Assembly (NCBI GenBank): GCA_028534125.1
Contig: CM052817.1
Location: 26,910,001-26,974,000, forward strand
Length of the DNA: 64,000 nucleotides
Reading direction: 5' to 3'
DNA from: Lama glama
Lineage: Eukaryota
Shown: in pieces, positions 1 to 11,900 of the stretch
How the letters are laid out: each line of letters starts with the position of its first letter
How positions within the stretch are numbered: position 1 is the stretch's first letter
Notes under the pieces: model-generated
What the model saw: the letters and a program-made list of their open reading frames with translations, nothing else
Told to the model about the DNA's origin: nothing
Databases searched by the model: none
Position numbers and translations under genes: made by a program

Positions 1-298
1 ACATCCTTCCCCGTGTGCGTGTGGAGTTACGTGACAGTCACGATATTTACAATCAGAAAGACCTTCCACTGCTCATGATGTAACTTACTGACAGCAAAAA
101 AAATTAGTCATGCTTCTTTTCATATCACACGATGGTGGCAAGACGAGAGAACATGCTTGTCTAACACTGTTTGGTTAAGGATAAATTCTCCGAAGACAAA
201 GCATCAGCAACTGAACGGAAGGCCGGAGATCAGTTTCTCCTCTTTAGTGTAGCTGTTCAATCTCCAGTAGATATCACAGCATCCTTTCACATATGCAG
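1..298 (-). other. APBB2: APBB2 3'UTR (proximal part, continues beyond window start)
   Basis: Directly follows the TAG stop (plus-strand cta 299-301) of the terminal coding exon. Confidence 0.9.
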
Positions 299-466
299 CT
301 ATGGCGTTTCTGTGACAGGGCGTTTCTGTTTCAAAGTGTCAATGAGGGACAAGACCCCCCGTTTTACATTGGTTGTGACTCTTCTGGTCACTGAGTCTGC
401 TGGCGGAGGAGGTGGTCGGACTTTCTGTGAAGGTGGCCTGGCTACCAAGCACTTCTGGTATCGTAA
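299..466 (-). CDS. APBB2: APBB2 (Fe65L1) terminal coding exon: LRYQKCLVARPPSQKVRPPPPPADSVTRRVTTNVKRGVLSLIDTLKQKRPVTETP*
   Basis: Manual minus-strand translation after acceptor ttatttcag (cag = 467-469). 168 nt, phase 0, ends TAG. Matches the APBB2 C-terminus as recalled. Confidence 0.96.
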   Translation of the reverse strand, partial: LRYQKCLVARPPSQKVRPPPPPADSVTRRVTTNVKRGVLSLIDTLKQKRPVTETP

Positions 467-859
467 CTGAAATAAGGCAGAACAGTTTTATGGTCATTAA
501 TATCCCTTCTTGTTTAACGTGATTTTAATTCATCACCAGTATATTTACTCCCAAAGGTTAATGATCTGGCTCCTAAACATGAATTGAAAAGAGTTTACTA
601 TTTTTTTTTTCTTAATGTGGAGTATTTTAAATTCTCTTAAAAGACCGTTATGCTCGACAAAGCTGTTTTGGCTTTTGCTATCTTTTTCTCCCATCCATTT
701 CCACCCTCTGCTTGTTCTCTATATTGATAGACTGCGATTAATATACTTCATAGTCAAAGAGCTAATAAGGAAAAGACAAAGGATTGGGAGAGATATTATT
801 AATTAAATCTTTCCTCAGAGACAAGTACATAAAGTATGTGCTCACAGCTGATTGAGAGA

Positions 860-1065
860 CAGCATGGTAGAAAGGGCAGAATTTGAATGTAGGCTCTACC
901 ACTTGGGAACTGTATGACGCCGGGCAAATTATTACACCTCTCTGAGCCTCAGTTTCTTCATTTGTAAAATGGCTGAAGAACAGGGACCTTAAGAGTGTTA
1001 GGATTAAGGAACACTTGCAGAATGCCTAACATAGGCCCACCAACACAGAAGGCATTCATAAATGT
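860..1065 (+). mobile_element. MIR SINE
   Basis: MIR core gggcaaattattacacctctctgagcctcagtttcttcatttgtaaaatgg; boundaries approximate. Confidence 0.85.
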
Positions 1066-3099
1066 TGTTTCCTTTTCTATTTCCTGCTTTAATTTTAAAA
1101 AACTATGTACTGAGATTTCAAGATACATTTTATTTACAAGTCTAAGTTTTAATGGATTAATTTTTAAAAATCCATTAGCACTGGCGCCACGGACAGTTTC
1201 TGCCCTTCAGAAACATAATGACCCAATCACCTGCTTTGGTATCAATGAAAAGATACGTAATTCTTCAAAACTAGGTTAAAAGGGTAATATGTACCAAACA
1301 TTTTTCCCTAATCCAAGCACTTTAAAATAATTCCATGGCTGATTTTTAAAAACCTACTTAAATACGAATGAGTTCCTTAAAACAACTGTGAAACACACTG
1401 ATGTTCCCCCGAGAAGTAGAAACTATCCTACAGCAAGACTGTCACAACGCTCTGTCATAGCCCACAGGCCACAAAATTAGCCCCTTTCAACCCAATCGTA
1501 CGAAAAATTGACCAGTTTGTCTCCTGTGTGTAAAATACATTGCTGGGTCTGCGTCACAACCAAACTACAAACTTCCAAAGCACAGACTGACAAATGGACA
1601 GGCATGGCAATGTGGTATGCTGAACTGGGAGTTTCTACTGTTGGTTAAGTTACATCCAGTGAATCAAAATTGTGCCTGATAAATTATTTCATTAAGAGGA
1701 CCCCTGTCTCACTCTAAATTTCATCAAAATATTTTCAGCTGGGCCTATACCACACAGCTGCAAAATATGCCTAAAAATTAAGTAGACTCAAAGGAATGTG
1801 TTAACACTAGAGATTATTTCAGATTATATTAAATTCATACATAGATATTTCAGATGGAGAATCATGCAGATTTGAATCAAGAGGAAAGCCGCTGAGCTAG
1901 AAATGCTGGCTGCAGAGCGTAAAGAAAGGTTTGATTTTATCAGTATGCCTGACACTGGACTGGCTGAGTCATTTCAGCTGGTTGCTGTGATATAATTAAA
2001 ATAGTAAGCAAACGAGTAAAAATTGTTTCTAGGAGAGGAGATGAGTCTGGGAATGAGAACAAACTGTAACCAGTAATAAAGCTAATTATTTAATTGTCCT
2101 CAGCATTTAAAATGTATAATTAAGGCTGAAAGCCATTCATTTTATGACTAAAACCATCTGTTCTGATCCTTCTCCATTTCATGAAATACCTAAACAGTCA
2201 TCATCCACTTTTGCTTGGCCACACTCTCCCGCTTTCTATTTTCTTCACACAGTCCTTTCATCCCATCTCAACCTCCTGTGCATGGTCAGGAGGTTCACCT
2301 CGACTCCTCTCCCACCCAGCTCCCCTCCACCCAGCCCTGGTCCTTTTACGCAGGTGGATTTGCGTCAGAGCCCTGGCCCCGTGGTACCCGAGGGGAAACT
2401 GCTCTAACAAGGGACTTGGGTGAGAATGAAGTCAGGTAATAAATGCACAGCACAGGGCTTCTCTCCCCGCTTTTCCCATCTCCAGTTCAAAGATGGCTTT
2501 TAAGATAAAAGCCAATTGGCTCTCTTCTTGTCCCCCATCTCTGCCTCTGCCATCCAGCGCATCCTTCCCCCCTCTTTCTTAACCTAGCAACGTACTGTCT
2601 GTGACGAAACAGAGACTGCCCTTAACTCCACCTGTTCCTGAACGCATGGCATCTTCTGCCCAGTCTCAGTCACTCTAACCAATCAGCAGGCTAAGCCCAA
2701 CCCCAGGCTCTCCATCTACCACCAGGACCTTGGACCAACTGTAAGCGTGACCCCCATTCCAATCCAGCTTCACCGGTTCTCCTCCCTCAGCCTCAAAATT
2801 GTGTGACTCTCCCCGGTCCCCAAACAAAGGAGCAAGGGCCCCAAGGGTGTGCCTCAAGCCACTCCTTTACCTCAGGCCTGATGTGTGATCTGTTTTCAGG
2901 GCCCCTCTCCTCCCAGTTACTCCTCCATCCACTGCAGTCTTACACTTTCACTGAGAGTACTTTCTATGCCATAACAGAAATTGGGTTTACGTGTTTCCCC
3001 CATATACCCAAACTCTGTAATGCAAGGACCATGTCTTAGTCCTACTTGAATTTCCCAGAGTCTGGCCCATAAACAGTGGAGTGAATTAACTGAAGTGCA

Positions 3100-3550
3100 G
3101 GTGCTTCAAATCCAGCACTCCTCACCCCTAGCCAGGTGCCTCCAACACCGCTCCTATTTCTTCCCACTGCCACTCCTGGTTCAGACGCAGCTCTCCCCTG
3201 GAGCAGTAAACTGGCCTTCTGGCCTGTCTCCCCACTTCAGCCTTGTCTTTTCAACCCTCTTCTGCTTTGTTTTCTCCATTTTTTTCTTTTAAAGAGTATG
3301 CTTTTGAAACCTAACATGTTCTATTCACTCTTCTGCTTAAACAATCTTTGCTGAAGATAACACCTTGGCGTGAGGTCACAGGCCCTACATGACATGGGCC
3401 TCGCCTCCAACTACACCTGCTATTGCTAGAATACACCATGCAGCCCAGATCTGGATGCTTGCATTTATACAGCTCCCGCCTTACTAGAACTCTGCCAGTA
3501 CCCAGAATAATAGGAGATCAAGGGATAGTTGCAGAACGACTGATGAGGTG
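3100..3550 (+). mobile_element. Degraded L2 LINE 3' fragment
   Basis: L2-like motifs (cactcttctgcttaaacaatc, ggccctacatgacatgggcc); boundaries approximate. Confidence 0.5.
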
Positions 3551-3708
3551 TTTTTGTTTGAACTCATATACGTGGCCCAAAGGGCCCTGGCTTTGTTGCC
3601 TGGAGACCTGGGGATGAACGCAGTCTCTATCCTTTACCAGCCCTGCCCTGGGGCCCGTCCTTTTCCCCAGCTTCTGTTTCCTCATAAATAAAAGAGGGCT
3701 GCCTAACC

Positions 3709-4116
3709 GGGCTGTGGTAAGAACTGCATTCACAGACATAAAGTAAACCAAGTATGTAAGAACAATGCACTTAAACCAACTATCTGAAATAAAAATCATT
3801 CAATACACTGAATTTTTTAAAAGTACTGAGTTGGTTCCAAAGAGCAAAAAACTCACGCATGACCAGCATTTCCTGATCACACTGAAATTAGGGGTCAAGA
3901 ATTGGGAACCCTCAAATTTGTGGTTTTGAAGATTATCGTTTTCAGTGCTACTGGAGTCTCCACAGAAGCACTTGGCCCCATCCGGTCCTGCTTCCTTCGG
4001 GTGTCCTGGCCTCCTGAGACAGCAGAGTGTTTGTCATTGATTCTGCCCACAGGATGAGGGTGTTCTTGCATACTTGGCTTACGTTGTATCTGTGAACGCA
4101 GTTCTTACCACAGCCC
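3709..4116. repeat. 56-bp inverted repeat (arms 3709-3764 and 4061-4116, 296-nt spacer)
   Basis: Arm 1 gggctgtggtaagaactgcattcacagacataaagtaaaccaagtatgtaagaaca versus reverse complement of arm 2 gggctgtggtaagaactgcgttcacagatacaacgtaagccaagtatgcaagaaca: 50/56 identical, ungapped. Confidence 0.95.
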
Positions 4117-4234
4117 TGTTGCACAGCTAAGCATTACTTTAGAGCTTAGGCTTTGCTACTTTTAAGTTAGTGACCCTGCTCCAATTGACAGCATGTTAGA
4201 CAAAAGCCCAGGGCACGAGGGCCGGGCCACTCAC

Positions 4235-4414
4235 CATGCAGGCGGCCTGCACCGCCTCAGACACGTTCCCGGCATTAGGCTCGCACCAGAAAACATGGCA
4301 CTCAAAGTGCTGGTTCCCAGTGTCCATGATGAAGGCAAACGTGTGCACATCCTTCCCGACGCCCATGAAGGACAGGAACCGCACCCGACACTCCACTAGG
4401 ATTTCCTCTTCATT
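4235..4414 (-). CDS. APBB2: APBB2 penultimate exon, PID2/PTB2 domain: [60 protein letters not shown]
   Basis: 180 nt, acceptor ttgcag (cag 4415-4417), donor ATG|gtgagt, phase 0/0, in frame with the terminal exon. Fe65-family PTB2 sequence. Confidence 0.97.
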
Positions 4415-4424
4415 CTGCAAGAGA

Positions 4425-4924
4425 NNNNNNNNNNNNNNNNNNNNNNNNNNNNNNNNNNNNNNNNNNNNNNNNNNNNNNNNNNNNNNNNNNNNNNNNNNNN
4501 NNNNNNNNNNNNNNNNNNNNNNNNNNNNNNNNNNNNNNNNNNNNNNNNNNNNNNNNNNNNNNNNNNNNNNNNNNNNNNNNNNNNNNNNNNNNNNNNNNNN
4601 NNNNNNNNNNNNNNNNNNNNNNNNNNNNNNNNNNNNNNNNNNNNNNNNNNNNNNNNNNNNNNNNNNNNNNNNNNNNNNNNNNNNNNNNNNNNNNNNNNNN
4701 NNNNNNNNNNNNNNNNNNNNNNNNNNNNNNNNNNNNNNNNNNNNNNNNNNNNNNNNNNNNNNNNNNNNNNNNNNNNNNNNNNNNNNNNNNNNNNNNNNNN
4801 NNNNNNNNNNNNNNNNNNNNNNNNNNNNNNNNNNNNNNNNNNNNNNNNNNNNNNNNNNNNNNNNNNNNNNNNNNNNNNNNNNNNNNNNNNNNNNNNNNNN
4901 NNNNNNNNNNNNNNNNNNNNNNNN
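4425..4924. other. Assembly gap (500 N placeholder)
   Basis: Run of 500 N. Confidence 0.99.
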
Positions 4925-4954
4925 TCCAGATGGTGACTCTTGGGTACTCTCTTC

Positions 4955-5130
4955 AGGGCTCTGGGGACAGAGTACATGGGTTCAAACCCCACATCTGCCA
5001 CTTACTAGCTGTGTGGCTTTGGGCAAGTCACCTGCCCTGGTTCACTTCCTCCACTGCACATGGGGATGGTACATCTGTCCCTAGTAACACTGTGTCGGTC
5101 CTGAGAGTAAGTATGAACACTCAGAAGCGT
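4955..5130 (+). mobile_element. MIR SINE
   Basis: gggttcaaacccc...ctgccacttactagctgtgtggctttgggcaagtcac. Confidence 0.85.
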
Positions 5131-7112
5131 TAGCTGCCAGTGTTGTCGTTATTGTCGAACTGTTTAAATCTGTCAGCCCTCTTTCAAACTCTCCTCTGTT
5201 GGGGCTGCTAACGTCTCCTTGACTTGAGAACCATCCCTTTTCACCCCTGTTCACAGCGTTGTGGCTTTGAAGACTGAAAGAAGCCACCTTCACTGACCCC
5301 CAAAGCAGCTCACATCCTCATTCCCAGCCCCACCTTCCCACCCGGGTGGAACAAAGTCACTTCCCCCCAGAGCTCCACTCCGCTGTCTCCAGATGTGCGC
5401 CTGGGACGGCGGGCAGGAGGGCTACTGACAGCAGAAGACTCGTGCTCCGGGCCAGGCCGAGCTCTAAGGGCTTCACACTGGAGTACAAGCTCCACAAGGG
5501 CCAGGATCTTCTGTTTTAGCCTCTGCTGTCTCCTCAGAACAGGGCCTGGTGCATGCACGGCATTCAATTACATTTGCTATGTGAATGGATGAGGAAATGA
5601 AACTGGGGAGCGCGGCATGCACGTGAGGAAGGTGCACTGGGCTGCTGTGACACGGGCTCTCTGGACCGGCGACTACCCCACAGGGCCCAGTCACATGGTC
5701 AGAGCAGCAGACCGCTGTGCTGTTTCTCTGGGGACCGGGGACAGCTCTCATCCCTTCCCCTCCCTCAGGAACTTCACTCCTGCTTCTCCGAGACCAGGCT
5801 GGGCCTGGCAGCTCGAGGACTTGTAGGAGTGAGGCTGTGTAAGGGTGCCAGCCTGAAGGCACGACGGTGACATGCAGCACAGGTGACATGAAGCCCGTGC
5901 TCAGGTCAGTAAGTACACCTGGGGACTGGAAAGGCCTGACTGAGGGAGACTGGGGACAGTGTCCTGGAGGTCTGGCCACCACTCCTGGAACCCAAGCCAG
6001 CAGGTAACGTGGTCAATAAGAATGGATTCTTGGAGGTCAACGGTCAGAGTGGCCACGGTCTGTTCTGGAACACTGGGTCACGCATGGGAAAGCAAGCAGG
6101 GTGTGCCTGGAACAGGACGCTTAGGGGCCTGGTAACCCTGGGACCCGACAGCAGTTGAGGAGGCAGGGTGGGCATGCTGGAGAAAGGAGGAAGCCGGGAG
6201 CAGGAAGGCTCAGCAGCAAACACCCATCCAGCACCACGTGAGCCAGGCCCAGTGCGGCTCCACATGCCCTCCAGTCCAAGAGCTGCCAGCAGAGACAAAG
6301 AATCTCTCTCACTGCCACAGACCACATGTCTCCAGTAACCACGTGGAGGTCCTAGAGGGGAAGGTTTCAGGTCCACACAAGAAAGGCCTCCACGAGAGCC
6401 AGAGCGGCTCGGTCCCAGAGCAGGCTCCTGAAAAGTACCAGACCTGTGGGTGGAGGTCAGTGAAGGGCCCGCAGAGGTGCGGGGATGCTGCGCTGGAGGG
6501 AAGGAGCGAGGGAGGGAGGGAGACTGGGCTGTGACACCCGACTGTCAGTTCTCCTTCTGAGGCTGCGACTCTGGTTAATGAAGTGGGGCGCTTACCATCG
6601 TGAGCCAGTGACAGTGACCAAAGCCCTGCCTCACCACTGGCCAGAGTGCTCATGAGCTGCGGTGTGTTCTCATGAAGTCAGTGTGTGTTCATGACCACCC
6701 CTAGCTGCCTGCATTTCCACAGACCCCCCAGAAGGAAGGGGACCTCCCTTCCTTCTGTCCGTGTTCCCTCTCAGATCAGGGGGCCCTGTCCCTCGGAAAT
6801 CTGCCAACTCCCTTCACGTTTCCCGGAGGGGCTCGCTGTACATGGTGCGTCTCCACCAGCACACCTGCCACCCTTCTGTCCACCTATTATACACCCCGGA
6901 CTGCGGAAGGGACCAAGGCTGTCCTCCTTTTGTAGGTGGAGCACCATTCAAGAGTATTAACAACGCTTGCTGAACTTGACAGTCTGCCTGCTTCTCCCTG
7001 AGCTCCATTTGCAGGTCCATGTGCCAGACTCTCCAGCCCTACCACATCCCTTCCCTGCTGGAGCAGTGAGAAAAAAGAGAGGGGCGGGCCAAAGTGCCCT
7101 GACCCACCTTAC

Positions 7113-7227
7113 CTTGGAACAAATTTCGTGGAGACTCGTGGCGATGGCTTTTGCTGGTGTGTCACATCGAAATACATGACATTTCAAAATTCTTGTGTCT
7201 CTGTCTCTTGCTACATAAGCAAAATCT
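7113..7227 (-). CDS. APBB2: APBB2 exon ending PID1/PTB1: (R)[38 protein letters not shown]
   Basis: 115 nt, acceptor tttgcacag (cag 7228-7230), starts in phase 2, donor AAG|gtaagg. Fe65-family PTB1 motif DFAYVARD...LKCHVFRCD. Confidence 0.97.
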
Positions 7228-10200
7228 CTGTGCAAACAAAATGTATCGGTACATTAGGATAAAGAACCTTACGCAACATACATTCTGGTTGTGAATGTTA
7301 ACTGAGCTAAGAGCCAGCATGTCAGAGGTAAACAGAGAACGCGATGGTAAAAAAATAAGTGTCAACAGCTACCTCAAACAGAGGAACAGTTTTATGGATA
7401 TTAGGAATTCATTTCTGAGCGAAGTAACTAGGATGTTCCCCAAATTCTGTTTGTTGAGCTCCTGGGATCTTAATGAACAATGCTTAATGAAAACCGAATT
7501 TTATAGGACAGTTCTATCCAGAGTAATAACAAATATTATGATTATATGTATTATGACCACAGAACAGAACACAGGCTCGAGAGGAGCATGAATTTGTATG
7601 AGTGAGATTGTGGCAAACATGGGGGTGCAGCAGAAGCAGAACAATAGGCTCTGATGTGTAAATAGGTGGCCGGAGAGCAGATCAGAGCTGCAGCTGCTGA
7701 GAAAGTGGACGGGCGATCACAGCAACACAGAGACACCACAGGCTGAAGTCCTGTCAAAGGCACTTGATTCTGCGCGACACCTCTCTTACTCTAGGGCCTG
7801 GGGCGACGGCAGCAGCCTCAGCCTCACACCTGTATCGTCAGCTCAGACACGGCGGTGCAGCTGGTGCTGGATTTCAGCATCTGCTTTACTGATGAAAGGA
7901 TATCGCCGGTGATGTTACCTGGCTTCAGAAGAACCATGCCATACAACTAGATTTCTCACTCTTAGTATTGAGGACAGCGGTTCAAAGTGTTTATGAAAAA
8001 TAAATGCCCAGATTTACCCATCTGGTAGTGGATCACAGTGATTTCTTTGTGTGTGGTGCTAAGCTAGGATCCTTGTCTGTAGATATAATCACAGATGAAT
8101 GTATTACTTCCCTTAATGTAGGAGCTGGCAGTGTTCTCACAGACTGTGATAGATTTTCCCCAAGACAGACTTGGCTTCTTTGGGAAGGCAGAGGGGTCTA
8201 CTTGCTGGAGGCAACCGGCCACCGTGAAGGTCTGGCCAGAAAAGCCCTCCCTGTTGCCTGCCCCGGGGAGCCCTGTGGTGACTCCAGGCCAGGGGTATCT
8301 TTATCTGGCTGCCCACAGGCCCTTGAACCTCCAACCGTGCACACCTGCCCTCAAGTCTGCTCGCCTCCGCCCTCCCCTGTGTCCTCCCGTTCTCTCTCAG
8401 TTGGAGTCCTCCATGCCAGAATCCGGGGCCTTCCTCACGCCCCACACTCTGTACCCAAACCCCGTGTTCAGCCTGCTTGACCTCTTGAAAATGTCTTGAA
8501 GTCACCCCATCCTTGCCAGCGCTGCTACCACTCAAGCATCCTAAGTGGGTTCTCGCGTTTGCCCCGCCGTCTCCACGCCTGGGCCACGGTCTCAGCCTCA
8601 GCTGAGGCTGGGCGAGTGCCTTCTCAGAGCCGCCGCGCCCCTGGGACACATGGCGCTCAGCCCTGGGTACCGTGAGCGTCTGCTTATGCGCTGTCTTCCC
8701 CACTCCCCTCGGAGCTCCGTGAAGATGATCTGTGCCTTCTTCGTCCCCAGGACCCAGCCCGGGCCTGGCCACAGCTGGTACCGAGTGCCCCTTCCTCTCA
8801 CACACGGGGCCTGTGGCACCCCCACCGCCCATCTAGAAAGTCAGCCTGTGCTCAGAGGTGGTGCACGGCCTCGCTCCACACTGTGCTCCTGAGGCCCTTC
8901 CATCCTAGTCTCAGCCCGACCAAGACAGCACATTACTTAAAGAGGAAGTGAAGAGAGGACATCACTTTTGGAGACCATGCTCAAGGGAAGTCCTGCTGTG
9001 GTCCCCCTCCTTCTGGCTACTTTTCTTTCCTGGGTGGGTCCCAAAGTAATACACACAGTGTCTTGTCACACACAACTCTCTTCTTTAAAAATTCCACGTT
9101 CAGTTGCCATTTTTCTGAGGTCAAATCTCTTTGAAGTTCCTGTGGTCACCCATGGAAAATCCAAAAACTTTTGTCTGCATTTCTGGAGTTCCAAAATTGG
9201 TCCCACCAACTCTTCCAGCATCCTTCCTCCAACCAAGGAGCTTTCCCCTCTGCTCCAGAAAGGGGGGTCTTCCCACCTGGCGACCCTGGCCCCCCTGCCC
9301 TTCTGGAGCTCACTAACCCATCTACTCGGTACTGTTCAGCCCAAAAGACGGCCCCCAGCACCTTGCTGGTGTCTAAATGCCGACAGGGTCTGCGTTCTGT
9401 ACCACAGTGGATTACAGCCAGTGATGCCCTACCTTAAGTAGTTCCTGTAACGTTCCCACCTGCATCTGTCCTCCCTGAGAGGGCAATGGATCAGGATTCA
9501 GGCAACCCAATCTCTAGTCCCATTTCTGATTCCACTGAGCTATACCACCTCGGGCATGGAGTTGGACCTCATCTCTAAGTCATGTAACATGATTTCCAAG
9601 GTCCCTTTCTGGCTCTGATGTTCTATGATGTAAGCCTCCAAGATCCACCCTGCTCCCCCAGACTGCTGGCTGGTCTCCAAGTGCAGCAAGTGCAAAGACA
9701 CCGTCGGGGAGGACCAAACAGGCCCTGATCAAAAAGCGATGGATCACTCCCATCAAACTTCAGCTCTGTGCCCTCTGTTCTTTCAGATGCAACCCCTTAG
9801 GAGTAATTTTTTAAGATTATTCTTATCAATCTTCATTTTCCTTCTGGCTCAGGAGAAAATGATTAATGCCTGAGGAGACCATCTGGAATCCACGTCTTCC
9901 CACAGGGGCAGCGCAGCAGCCGCAGGGCCTGTTCGGGAGGTTCTGACACTTTTGTTTTCCCTACAGTTTTGTCTTTTCCTGTTCCCTCCCAGGTACCAGG
10001 CTGACAGATCAGGGAGGCAGAAATCTGTCGGTCCCTAATAGCTGACAGTCTGGTAACTAACCTCCCAGGAGAACACAAGTTCCTCCTCCTCACTGTGGGG
10101 GTCAGGAGATGTGCACGTTTATTCCCATGAAACAGACCCCAAGTCACCCTAAAACAGCGGGAAGCCCCGAACATGGGGATTTTTAAGACCTCTCTTTCTG

Positions 10201-10345
10201 ATCTGGGGCATAGACAAGCCAGACAACTTCCTTTGTGTGCAGTGAAATATGCGGCTTAGCTACTCTCATCATTACTCAGAATGGAGTCCAAACCGGTTAT
10301 TTTAAAAGCCTGGCTTCTCAGCACCTGGTTTCTCAATAAGGCTGC

Positions 10346-10761
10346 TTTGGTAGACAGAATGATGACCCTCCCAAGATGTCCCTGTCTTAATTCCCAGAAG
10401 CTGTTAATAGGCTACCTTAAAGGGCAAAAGGGGCTTTGCGGATGGGATGAAGTGAAGGATCTTGAGGTGGGGCTGTTGTCTTGGATTATCCGGGCAGGCC
10501 CAACACAACTACAAGGGAAGGGAGGAGGCACTTTCCTTAGAGGTGAAAGGAAGGCAGGCAGCACCTAAAGGCTGGAAAAGGCAAGGAAAGGGGTTTCTGT
10601 TGGTGTCTCTAGGAGGAACACAGCCCTGCTGACACCATGATCTTAGCCTGAAAGACCCATTTTAGATTTCTGACCTCCAGAACTGTAAGAGGATAAATTT
10701 GCGTGGCTTTAAGCCACTAAGTTTGTGGTTAATTTGCTACAGCAGCAATATGAAAGTAATA
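10346..10761 (+). mobile_element. MaLR solo LTR (MLT1D-like)
   Basis: MLT1 3' signature gacctccagaactgtaagaggataaatttgcgtggctttaagccactaagtttgtgg...cagcagcaata. Confidence 0.9.
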
Positions 10762-10829
10762 GCGCTGCCAGTATTACGATACTAGTCAAATTATGATTCA
10801 GCATAAAGACTTATACTTTAAAAAAATAT

Positions 10830-11900
10830 TCAATTCACTTCCACAAATACCTTCTGAGCCACTATTATGCCCCAGGCACCAGGGATGCAAACACAAACAG
10901 ATGAGGCTCCAGCCTTGGAAGCCCGCTGTCTGATGACAGAGCTGCTCAGTGAGGTCTGAGCTGCGTCAGTAAGGATAAGGACCTCAGCAGGGTGAGAGGG
11001 CAGCGATGGCTCAAAGCACGCTCACATGCGCATGAGCAAAGGCACGGAGGTAAGCAAGCCCACAGAGGGTTCGGAAGAACTCCAGTCCTGTGCATGACTT
11101 CCGGCACTAGGGTGAGGGGCCACGGCTGCAGGGAGGTTGTGCTCCTGTCCTGCCAAGAGCCTGGCCCTTACTCTGAATCATCGAGTCTGTAATATGACAC
11201 GTAACCCTATCTGACAAATGTTTTGAAAAGTTCCTTCTGGTAGAACAAAGTGGGACAAAGGAAGGAGGCCCCGGGGCTGCTGCTTTGGTTGGGGTGAGAG
11301 AAGAGGAACAGGGAAGGCTCCATGAGCATCCGTGAAGACGGGGGGGGGGGGGAGTCGGGGGGTGGAGGCAGACTGGCAGGGTTGAGGGGTGTGGGAGACG
11401 AGAGGGAGAATCCAGAGTAACTGTGGGGCCCCCGCTTGGACAACTAAGCGCTCTCACACTGGGGGAAGGTGGGGGAGTGATTTGGTGGAGGAAGCGGATA
11501 AGCTCCAGGCTACATGATGGGTGTGAGGTGCTTGGGGGGCACCTGGCGGCCACGCCCACCAAGCAGGTAGACACTCAGTCCCTGAGCCCAGTCCTATGGT
11601 CTGGGCTGGAGACCCCGGCTTGGGGGGGGGGCAGCTGCAGTCAGGGGAGCAGATGAGAGTGTGGAGAATGAGAAGAGACAAAACAAGGCCTGGACCCCGA
11701 GGAAGAAAGCCCAGGAGAGGCTGGTTCCAAAACATCAAATGAAGGGATTTCAGGAGAGGTCCCCATGGCTGCAGGGGCTGGGTGGCAGGAGACAGGTCAC
11801 TGGGTCTCAGGGATACAGAGGTGTGCAGGGACCTGGGCCTCCCTGGAGAATGGAGTTTGGGTCCCAGCTTCAGGAGACTGTGGGGTGCAGGAGTTACATG
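10830..11900 (-). mobile_element. Degraded L2 LINE
   Basis: Antisense L2 3' end (ttcaattcacttccacaaataccttctgagccactattatgccccaggcac) followed by purine-rich L2-like body; extent approximate. Confidence 0.6.

Noticed and set aside
171..470. 99-aa plus-strand ORF
   Set aside because: Antisense shadow of the APBB2 terminal exon and UTR.
4236..5084. Long ORFs spanning N runs (also 31764-32465 and 52075-52812)
   Set aside because: Artefacts of translating through assembly gaps.
7889..7925. CTGATGA followed by a small hairpin, resembling a hammerhead ribozyme core
   Set aside because: No GAAA after the putative stem II and no stems I/III.
8137..8832. 231-aa minus-strand ORF and overlapping ORFs
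   Set aside because: GC-rich intron with low stop density; no recognisable domain or exon structure.
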